A DNA stretch of 64,000 nucleotides, taken from Oscillospiraceae bacterium. Lineage in GTDB: Bacteria > Bacillota > Clostridia > Oscillospirales > Ruminococcaceae. This document shows, one piece after another, positions 21,106 through 28,904 of the stretch. The notes under the pieces were generated by a model. The model was not told the origin of the DNA, did no database searches, and saw only the letters and a list, made by a program, of their open reading frames with translations. Numbering within the stretch: the first letter of the stretch is position 1; each line of letters opens with the position of its first letter. The stretch is from positions 14,140 through 78,139 of the forward strand of contig JAFLUI010000002.1 in the NCBI GenBank assembly GCA_022508825.1. The letters run 5' to 3'. The translations under genes and the position numbers were made by a program.

Positions 21106-21108
21106 AAA
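21064..21108. other. attL (host half-site + CA core + element left arm TATGGTTGTAGTAAATTAGAAA)
   Basis: See the mobile element entry. The left arm 21087-21108 is the reverse complement of the right arm 40585-40606, apart from 2 mismatches. Confidence 0.75.
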
Positions 21109-21137
21109 ATGTGGTTTTTGTGGTTATATAAAGATTT

Positions 21138-21190
21138 GCATCACTCATTTCATCGCTCACGCAAAGCGAATTAATGAGTGATGCTTATTT
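21138..21190 (+). terminator. Long nested hairpin plus T-tract just inside the element's left end
   Basis: GCATCACTCATT (21138-49) pairs with AATGAGTGATGC (21173-84). An inner TCGCT/AGCGA stem is present, followed by TTATTTT. It would stop read-through from the spoIIID promoter into the element. Confidence 0.55.
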
Positions 21191-21257
21191 TAGCTTATAT
21201 ACCCTGCTCTTGTTTTCTCCCTCAGAAACAATGATATTTTCTTTATTACTTTGCTTT

Positions 21258-21314
21258 ATCGCCGATTTTTATCAACGATTTTTGTCGCCGATTTTTTATC
21301 GCCGATTTTCTTTT
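21258..21314. repeat. Four tandem 13-14 bp repeats, (A/G)TC(G/A)(C/A)CGATTTTT
   Basis: ATCGCCGATTTTT, ATCAACGATTTTT, GTCGCCGATTTTTT and ATCGCCGATTTTC, read directly from the sequence. Confidence 0.8.
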
Positions 21315-21420
21315 CACTGAGATCAGTGTTATGCGTTCCGTTTTTTGAGCGTTCACCAATATTACCAATCTTATTATTTCGGCAAATTTTATAAATTTCT
21401 AAAAATCTGCCGAAAATCTA

Positions 21421-21449
21421 TTGACAATTTTTAGGATTTAGTTTATACT
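21421..21449 (+). promoter_or_regulatory. SigA-type promoter of the ATPase gene
   Basis: TTGACA (21421-26), a 17-nt spacer, then TATACT (21444-49). Confidence 0.5.
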
Positions 21450-21493
21450 AATATAAAATGAAACATTGGACTTCAGCTATTCGGGGGTGTATT

Positions 21494-22723
21494 ATGAGAT
21501 ATATTGAACGTCATATGGAGGATCGAATACTTGATTTGAGTAAATCATACTCCGCAATACTTCTGACCGGACCTCGTCAAGCAGGAAAGACAACAATGCT
21601 CCGATCCCTTGCAGAAAAAGAAAATATCGGTCGTGAATATGTATCTTTGGACGATCTTACAGAACGTGATATGGCAAAGAACGACCCCAATCTATTTCTG
21701 CAGCTGCACAAGCCGCCGGTACTGATCGATGAAATACAGTACGCCCCGGAGCTGTTCACATATATAAAGATCCACATTGACGAGGAGCATAATCCGGGAG
21801 ACTTCTGGGTGACAGGGTCACAGATTTTTCGTTTGATGCGTGGTGTGCAGGAATCTCTTGCAGGACGTGTGGCGCTTCTGCATATGTCTCCCTTATCACA
21901 GCGAGAAATTACAGGGGCAAAGTGTATACCATTTACCACAGACTTTGACAAGCTTCTGGAAGAAAGCAAAAGCTTTACTGGAATTACTGTACCTGAATTG
22001 TTTCGCCGTATCTGGACAGGCTCTATGCCGGGAATTGTCAGCGGCCAGTATCCCGACAGAAACATTTACTACGCATCTTACCTTTCAACCTATGTAGAAC
22101 GGGATGTGCGGGATATTTCTGCCGCTGTGGATGCACTGAAATTCAACAGATTCATTACAGCTGCCGCTGCAAGAACATCCCAGCTTCTGAATTACAAAGC
22201 CCTTGCAGATGATGCGGACATTGACATGGCAACTGCAAAGGCATGGTTAAATATCCTTGAAACACTGGGAATAGTTTTTCTGCTGCACCCCTATTCAAAT
22301 AATGTATTGAAGCGGACTATAAAGACTCCGAAGCTATATTTTTACGACACAGGACTTGTCTGCTACCTGACAAAATGGTCATCTCCGGAAGTTGCCGAAA
22401 GCGGTGCCATGAACGGAGCACTTCTTGAAAATTTCACAGTATCTGAGATCATGAAAAGCTATCAGAATTCCGGACTTGAACCATATCTGTATTTCTACCG
22501 TGACCGGGACTCCAAAGAGATTGATGTTATCATAGAAGGTGACGGTATGCTTTGTCCCCTTGAGATCAAAAAGACTGCCACTCCGGACAAGCGTCTTGCC
22601 AAAACATTTGATGTCATCAACAAATCACCGCTTAAGTCGGGTACGGGAGCTATTCTTTGCATGGCGGAGAAATTCAGTGCATTTGACAAGGATACTTTGA
22701 TAGTGCCAATTGAGATGATATAG
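21494..22723 (+). CDS. AAA-family ATP-binding protein with C-terminal DUF4143-like domain
   Basis: Walker A LTGPRQAGKTT and Walker B VLIDEIQ. ATG at 21494 with GGGGTG upstream; the tracked ORF starts at 21458. Confidence 0.75.
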   Translation: MRYIERHMEDRILDLSKSYSAILLTGPRQAGKTTMLRSLAEKENIGREYVSLDDLTERDMAKNDPNLFLQLHKPPVLIDEIQYAPELFTYIKIHIDEEHNPGDFWVTGSQIFRLMRGVQESLAGRVALLHMSPLSQREITGAKCIPFTTDFDKLLEESKSFTGITVPELFRRIWTGSMPGIVSGQYPDRNIYYASYLSTYVERDVRDISAAVDALKFNRFITAAAARTSQLLNYKALADDADIDMATAKAWLNILETLGIVFLLHPYSNNVLKRTIKTPKLYFYDTGLVCYLTKWSSPEVAESGAMNGALLENFTVSEIMKSYQNSGLEPYLYFYRDRDSKEIDVIIEGDGMLCPLEIKKTATPDKRLAKTFDVINKSPLKSGTGAILCMAEKFSAFDKDTLIVPIEMI

Positions 22724-22915
22724 TTTAAGGGGCTATTGCATTTTTGGCAACAACCCCAAATTTCAATTCATGAGACATTTTATACGACTCTAAGAGCATA
22801 AAAAACTAATATTCATTTATAATAAGTATTAGTTATAAAAAGAAATGATCTTATGGAACTTAAAAAAGAATAGAACAACTGAAATTTCAAGTTAAACTAT
22901 TGTTTAATAATCCAC

Positions 22916-25900
22916 CTAAAATATACGATGAATAATTTCCAAACTTAGGCAATCTAACTTTGCAAGAATATTTTCTAAATTATCATCTTCTTGTCCGGGT
23001 CTGCATCCATTAGGCCAGTCACCTTCTAACTTAGTCTTGTTTTGTAGCAACTTCTCCACATATAAGTATTTCCATTTTGCAAAATGTAATGCGCTCAAAT
23101 TTTTTGCTAGATCCTCTCTTTTTATTAATTGAATACTGGGTCTATGTTTTACCCAATATCCATCTTGACAGTAATGAACAAAATAGCAAACTAAATGAAT
23201 AGGTGTTACAGCAGCTGCCACAATGCAAATTAGAGCAAAAATTATTCCGAATAAGTCTTTATAATTTTTAAAAATCACCCAAAAAGCAATCGTAATTGCT
23301 ATTGAACAAATCAGTTTGATGAAATTAATTAAAAATACCCTTTGTTTTAGCAATTTAATATAAAGAATAAATTGGTTAAGTAATTTAGTAAAAGATGTAC
23401 ATCCTTTTGATAAATTAATAACTATTTTCTTAAATAAATAATAAAAATCATGCACAAATATTATCAATTGCGCTGCATTAAAGGAAATTACACATAAAAT
23501 AATAGCTAAATATATTACTACAGACCATTCTGGTGCATTCAGCAGTATCCCAAACATAACTATTCCCGGGAAAAAAATACTAGAAATTATAAAAAATATG
23601 TTATCTACATATTTACCTTGCCTATATATATGATGGTGTGTAATAATATAAATAATAAAAATTATTTTTGTCGCATAATTTAAAATATCATCGTAAAAGT
23701 TTACAATATGCAATGGTGTCACAGTTTTTTGAATACTCCAACTTGAATCTATTAACTTGGTCAATAATATAATGGCGCTAACGCCTACTGTAACCATCAT
23801 GGATATATATTTCATAAAAATACACAAATGGACAATTTTTACATACCTAAAACTCTTGGAAATAGATAATGAAAAATGTGTATTTTTGTACCGTTTTAAA
23901 AAAGTGGTCATTTTCATAGTAAAAAAATATGTGGAAAATCTTGTTTCAACACGATTTTCCAATTTATGAATCAACCGACAATTTTGTAATATCAAATCAT
24001 TTAACCAACGGTTTTTTAAACTAAAAATCTTAAGAATTGCATCATGCATATTTTGTTGATCAAATAGAACCATGCTATTAGTAAAAGCAATTAGTATAAC
24101 AAAATCCGTATCATCATTTATACTCTCAATTATCAATTGTTCAAATTCTTTGATAAAATCCGACAAAATATTTTGGCGATTACGAAAGGCTTCTGACATA
24201 AAGTTTAATGTATTCACAAGTTCTATACTGCCTTTATTTAGAATGCTATTCCTATAAGAAATATTATTTTTAATCACATCCCAACAGTATCTAGCAATCT
24301 CATAAGCTTTTGCATCGTTAGTTACCTCACAGTATAAAACAAGTGCATCTCTCATTCCGGAACCATTAATAATGCCATTGTACTCGTCATCTCCAATATC
24401 TTGATGCTGCTCCATAATGCTTTCCACCAAGAAAAATTCTTGAAATCTGCGATGAACAAATGAAACACTTCCATTAATTCCTCCAAACCTACATATTTTT
24501 GCATATTCTAAAATCTTGATGGCTTTCTGCCAGTATTCTTTAAATAATCCATTAGACTGCTGATATAATTCATAAATTGGACATTCCAAACCATACTTGG
24601 GTGATTCCTGAAAAAAGGCAGCAAGTCTTTTGGCTGCTTTATGTACATCTTCTTTTGAGAAGTCTTCACTTTCTATCTTTCCTGCACACTTATTTAAACG
24701 GCCATCAACAAAATTACTATATAAATCCATTTGATTTTTAGGGAAAACTATACCTTTTTCTTTTATAAAATTGATTAATAATGTCAAGTAAAAGGGATTC
24801 CGACATAGTACTACAAGATCTTCTCTTTTTCCAAATAATTCTTTAACAATTTCATCTGCATTGTTCAAATATTTTTCCAGCATTGTTTGAATTTTGATAT
24901 CATTAAATTCTTGTATACGAAGAATAATAGTCGGTCTAATTGCCTCAGAGGGAGCTTTATACAATCTAGATGCTACGACACCACCACTTTGATTATTACC
25001 TGTCATAAACTGAAATAATATCTCAGAAATATGATCAATTAGTTCCTGACAATGCTGTTTACCCATTAAACATGGCATCTCATCAAAAGAATCAAAAATG
25101 AAATACCACCGTCCATCTTCTAGCATACTATCAAAATAACCATTCAAAAATCCATCTGTAAAAAAGTCACCATTTTCATAAAGTTCTTCTTTCACAAATT
25201 CTATCAAATCATTTTTATTCGGTAATTTATTTATGTTCCAATTTTTATTCCATTTTTTTAGGTTTATATAGACAGGAATTTTTTTTGTCTTTTTAGACTC
25301 ATCCAAAAGTTCAAGACATAGTTTTCTCAAAGAGACACTCTTACCTGCGCCTGGATCTCCTAGTACTAAAAAAACATCTGCTCCATGCTTAGTTTTTTTC
25401 AGACATTTTAATAAATCTGAATACTTCTTTTTACGTCTTCCTTTAACATTTACTTCCACCTCTGCTTCAATGGGAGTAAACAAATTTTCGTTCCAATCTG
25501 TTTCTCTATTTAATGTTTCTAACCGTTGCCGAAGTGCATTACAAAATGCCATACTTTTTTCAGAAAAATTTTTTTCACGAAAGATCGGATTTTCATTTCC
25601 TTTATGAATTCCAATAGCTGTTCTATCCTGTCCATAAAATACTAATATGATAATAAAAAATATCCAAAACAGAACAATAAGTGCCGTTTCGTTTCCAATA
25701 TTATTAGGGCTATCAATTCCTATCTTATTACACAAAGAATCAATAATATTATTGTATAACTGACTGACAAATGAAGCAAATTCAGTTTTTGAAAACGCTT
25801 TACATATTCCTGTAAGACAAGGCTCTGCCATAAATAAAATCGTACGCATTCCTTCATTCTCTAAATTTCTCACTAAGAGAAAAGCAGATACAAACAATAT

Positions 25901-26011
25901 GAAACACAAGCTAATAATTTGTGCTTCACTTTCACTAAATACACCAAACGATAACGCTATAGCAATGATCATCGCTATTAGTGCCGCTAACCATATGATA
26001 TTTTTTTTCAT
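22916..26011 (-). CDS. Membrane-embedded NACHT/STAND NTPase (N-terminal TM helices, NACHT, helical region, C-terminal multi-TM domain)
   Basis: Walker A VLGDPGAGKSVS, Walker B WYFIFDSFDEM, and the NACHT-type motif LCRNPFYLTLL. About 3 hydrophobic helices precede the NTPase and at least 6 lie in the last ~330 aa. Very AT-rich. An alternative start lies at 26020. Confidence 0.7.
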   Translation of the reverse strand: MKKNIIWLAALIAMIIAIALSFGVFSESEAQIISLCFILFVSAFLLVRNLENEGMRTILFMAEPCLTGICKAFSKTEFASFVSQLYNNIIDSLCNKIGIDSPNNIGNETALIVLFWIFFIIILVFYGQDRTAIGIHKGNENPIFREKNFSEKSMAFCNALRQRLETLNRETDWNENLFTPIEAEVEVNVKGRRKKKYSDLLKCLKKTKHGADVFLVLGDPGAGKSVSLRKLCLELLDESKKTKKIPVYINLKKWNKNWNINKLPNKNDLIEFVKEELYENGDFFTDGFLNGYFDSMLEDGRWYFIFDSFDEMPCLMGKQHCQELIDHISEILFQFMTGNNQSGGVVASRLYKAPSEAIRPTIILRIQEFNDIKIQTMLEKYLNNADEIVKELFGKREDLVVLCRNPFYLTLLINFIKEKGIVFPKNQMDLYSNFVDGRLNKCAGKIESEDFSKEDVHKAAKRLAAFFQESPKYGLECPIYELYQQSNGLFKEYWQKAIKILEYAKICRFGGINGSVSFVHRRFQEFFLVESIMEQHQDIGDDEYNGIINGSGMRDALVLYCEVTNDAKAYEIARYCWDVIKNNISYRNSILNKGSIELVNTLNFMSEAFRNRQNILSDFIKEFEQLIIESINDDTDFVILIAFTNSMVLFDQQNMHDAILKIFSLKNRWLNDLILQNCRLIHKLENRVETRFSTYFFTMKMTTFLKRYKNTHFSLSISKSFRYVKIVHLCIFMKYISMMVTVGVSAIILLTKLIDSSWSIQKTVTPLHIVNFYDDILNYATKIIFIIYIITHHHIYRQGKYVDNIFFIISSIFFPGIVMFGILLNAPEWSVVIYLAIILCVISFNAAQLIIFVHDFYYLFKKIVINLSKGCTSFTKLLNQFILYIKLLKQRVFLINFIKLICSIAITIAFWVIFKNYKDLFGIIFALICIVAAAVTPIHLVCYFVHYCQDGYWVKHRPSIQLIKREDLAKNLSALHFAKWKYLYVEKLLQNKTKLEGDWPNGCRPGQEDDNLENILAKLDCLSLEIIHRIF

Positions 26012-26068
26012 ATAAACCATCCTATACTTTTAATACATACCTTATTACTCATACGATATGCTACGCTA

Positions 26069-27148
26069 TTATTCCTTTTTTGACTGATTTCTCTCAATAA
26101 CATCCTTTAATTCACTAAGGGTCATTATGTAGTTTTTCTTGTGATGTATCATGCGGTGACAGTTTGAACATAAGCAGATCATATCATTCACCGGATCAAC
26201 ATTTGTTTCTCCATCAAGAGTATGAAGCGGTTTTATATGATGAACTTCTATAAAGTTTTCACCAAGTTCATACATACTCTTAAAGTCGAAACCGCAAGCC
26301 ATACAAGTATACCCATGTGCTTCTATAGCAGCTTTTCTGTTTTGCGGATTTCGTTCATATCTTCTTCCATAATGTTCTATTTTTCGTCCTTCGGTACCGA
26401 TCCTGATTACAGTAGTTTCCAAATCGTCTGAATTCAACAATTCTTTTATTTCAATTTCAGGCTCGGTATCGTCAATATCACCCATCATCCATACAAAAGA
26501 GTGAGCATCTATCAATTCAGCAGAGCGGTCAATGTCAGCCGCCAGCTTTTCCTGCACCCACTTCATAATTTCCAGAAATGTCTGATAGTTTTCCCATGTA
26601 CATTCGGAAAGGCAGTCTGTTTCAAAACCAAGTCTTTTAAATCTTTCCCTGAATTTATCCGGTCTTGCCGGGACGTATTTTGTACAGTCCTTTATAAAGA
26701 ACAAAAAAGAAAGCAATGGAAATTTTTTGCCCCACAGTTCTATAGCTTCACCAAATAAGGCTTCATCTTTACCATCGGAAGTAAAAAGCCTGTACAAAAT
26801 ATCTTCAGATTTATACAGATGATTTGAAAACTTCTTTTCAATATCATATGTAACATCTCGCCAGTTCAAAAGGTTCTGTTGTATACTGTCAACACGCATT
26901 TTCATAACAGAAAGTACTTTCTTAGTTATCTCTCCTGTTCCGACCATATCAGCAGACCATGAGGGAATACCAAGAATACGCTGTGCCTTATCATAAATAT
27001 CACGCTTGTACCATTCCTGATATCTGATATATCCGGAGGAAAATGAAATTTCCATAGTCGGACAATTCCTTTCCGCCTGTTTCTTTAAAACTGCATCATA
27101 AAACTGTAAAAGACATCGTTGAAATCTCTCTTCGTTTGGAATAAACAT
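26069..27148 (-). CDS. HNH endonuclease with unknown ~270-aa N-terminal domain
   Basis: C-terminal GYTCMACGFDF...FIEVHHIKPL...NDMICLCSNCHRMIHH (HNH with CxxC pairs). The gene ends 48 nt upstream of the NACHT gene on the same strand. Confidence 0.75.
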   Translation of the reverse strand: MFIPNEERFQRCLLQFYDAVLKKQAERNCPTMEISFSSGYIRYQEWYKRDIYDKAQRILGIPSWSADMVGTGEITKKVLSVMKMRVDSIQQNLLNWRDVTYDIEKKFSNHLYKSEDILYRLFTSDGKDEALFGEAIELWGKKFPLLSFLFFIKDCTKYVPARPDKFRERFKRLGFETDCLSECTWENYQTFLEIMKWVQEKLAADIDRSAELIDAHSFVWMMGDIDDTEPEIEIKELLNSDDLETTVIRIGTEGRKIEHYGRRYERNPQNRKAAIEAHGYTCMACGFDFKSMYELGENFIEVHHIKPLHTLDGETNVDPVNDMICLCSNCHRMIHHKKNYIMTLSELKDVIERNQSKKE

Positions 27149-27225
27149 TTATACCTCCAATAATTGTTTTGCAAATGTTGCCGCCTTAGCTTCCATTAAA
27201 AGCTAAATCATTGCTGTATAAATCA

Positions 27226-27254
27226 AGTATATCACAAAAACAGCTATTTTTCAA
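27226..27254 (-). promoter_or_regulatory. SigA-type promoter for the HNH-NACHT gene pair
   Basis: On the minus strand: TTGAAA (27254-49), a 17-nt spacer, then TG-n-TATACT (27231-26). Confidence 0.5.
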
Positions 27255-27370
27255 CGCATTTGGACTTTAAATTTTAAACAACATTCCGCAGGCAGTCAAT
27301 GGAGTTTCCCTCCATCGACAGACAGATGGACCACACCTGCCTTTCCTGCGAAAATATGTATATTTCTGAC

Positions 27371-27406
27371 AAAAAATAAACTCTCCTCATGAGATCACGA
27401 GAAGAG
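27371..27406 (-). terminator. Rho-independent terminator after the mob module
   Basis: Minus-strand CUCUUCUC...GAGGAGAG, an 8-bp stem with one G-U pair, followed by UUUAUUUUUU. Confidence 0.55.
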
Positions 27407-27422
27407 CAATACCACAATATGA

Positions 27423-27590
27423 TCACTTAGCCTGTTCAGAGGCTGATTCACTATCCTTATTTTTTTCATACTCCGTGATTGCGTTCCTGAGCTTTTTACA
27501 TCCTACCTCGGTAAAGACCTTCATAAGCATATTATATGTATCTTTTTCCGAGTTGGGGTTGTGAAACCTGAATGTCAGCTTCTGCTGCAT
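27423..27590 (-). CDS. Small hypothetical protein (55 aa)
   Basis: Not in the ORF track because it is under 60 aa. ATG with AAGGAG 8 nt upstream. Translation MQQKLTFRFHNPNSEKDTYNMLMKVFTEVGCKKLRNAITEYEKNKDSESASEQAK. Sits downstream of the relaxase fragment. Confidence 0.45.
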   Translation of the reverse strand: MQQKLTFRFHNPNSEKDTYNMLMKVFTEVGCKKLRNAITEYEKNKDSESASEQAK

Positions 27591-27727
27591 AAGACCAGCT
27601 CCTTTTCTGTTATAAAAAAGCTAAGATTGTCCATTTCATTCTATGCTTTCAGGGATATAATATATGCCTGAAATCAATGCGTATAACATTTATGGACATT
27701 AAAATCCTGTTGTATGTAAGATAAATC

Positions 27728-28171
27728 TTAACTTTGAGAACCAAAAACCTGCTCGCAGATTTCGTGTAATGCTCGTCTTATACCTTCATCGTCTGTAAGC
27801 CTCGAACCGTCAAGAAAGCTTATGGTATTTACCATAAAATGTGTATGAATATTTGGTGTATCCGAATGTACGCAGAACACTACCTGATGCTTGTAAAAAT
27901 AAGAAGCTATGTATGAGGATATCCTAAACATAGCTTCATCTGATATATTAGCGTCCGTTGACAGCGAAATGATGATATGCAGCAGTTGCCTGCCGTCATC
28001 CTTACCAAACAACCTTTTGACGTGCTTCATCATATATATGGCTTCTTCCGGTAAGGCATTATAGCATCCTGTCAATCCATATGTCTTTACCGAACGGCTC
28101 ATATACTCATAGAGCGTTTTTATTGCGTCAGGATTCGTGTACGGTCTGTCTACTAATTTAATATACCACAT
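27728..28171 (-). CDS. Relaxase/mobilization nuclease domain protein, short (147 aa; probably truncated)
   Basis: MobA/VirD2-type pattern: LLHIIISLS..., then the histidine triad region VFCVHSDTPNIHTHFMVNTI. Full relaxases are usually several hundred aa long. Confidence 0.6.
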   Translation of the reverse strand: MWYIKLVDRPYTNPDAIKTLYEYMSRSVKTYGLTGCYNALPEEAIYMMKHVKRLFGKDDGRQLLHIIISLSTDANISDEAMFRISSYIASYFYKHQVVFCVHSDTPNIHTHFMVNTISFLDGSRLTDDEGIRRALHEICEQVFGSQS

Positions 28172-28437
28172 ATATTCATAACTCCTTCCTCAAGTGCTTC
28201 GCAGATCTCAGGGTAATCGTTTCCAGCAATTTCATAAACCTTGTTTACGGCATTGCTCAGAACGGATAGCCTTGCAAAAACCTCCTGTTTCATCTTCAGT
28301 GCATCTGCTGAATCTGACTCCATAAGTCTCTGTCTGATGTAGCTGCTCATACTCATGTTGCATAAATCGGCATCATTTACAACCTGCTCGTACTGCTCAT
28401 CGCTCAGTCTGACATTAATTTTTCTTTCTTTAGACAT
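28153..28437 (-). CDS. MobC-like ribbon-helix-helix relaxosome accessory protein
   Basis: MSKERKINVRLSDEQYEQVVNDADLCNMSMSSYIRQRL is typical of MobC/RHH proteins. Overlaps the relaxase start by 19 nt. Confidence 0.6.
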   Translation of the reverse strand: MSKERKINVRLSDEQYEQVVNDADLCNMSMSSYIRQRLMESDSADALKMKQEVFARLSVLSNAVNKVYEIAGNDYPEICEALEEGVMNICGILN

Positions 28438-28743
28438 GGTAATCATTTCCTCCTTATATAACATTTATATGATTGTATTGATACTCGTACTGTGCACCTA
28501 AAGAACCAAAATTACTCCAAAACACGTAAATCATGCCTGTCATTACAATTGGATATAAATATTATTCTTATTCTCATTACAGTTAGAGTACCTTAGCAAG
28601 GCAAGCTGTTTTTGTATCACAACTTGCTTTACCACTATGTAATTGTGGGAGTAAAAAGTTACATAAGCCCTCCATAGGGCACTTGAGTTGATCTAATATA
28701 TATCAGTGACCATATACTGAGAGATTCTTATATAAAATATTAC

Positions 28744-28772
28744 TTTACATCTCTATGAACTTCTGGTATAAT
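28744..28772 (+). promoter_or_regulatory. SigA-type promoter with extended -10 for the 774-aa gene
   Basis: TTTACA (28744-49), a 17-nt spacer, then TG-n-TATAAT (28767-72). Confidence 0.5.
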
Positions 28773-28904
28773 AGGTATAAAGTTCTATAAAATTATTATC
28801 ATATAATCGCAGCTATATAGCCTATTTTCTTAAGAAAAAACTGATTTTTTTGTAGACATACGCGTTTTTTAGACATACAAAAATTGTCAGATAGGAGCAC
28901 GCCT

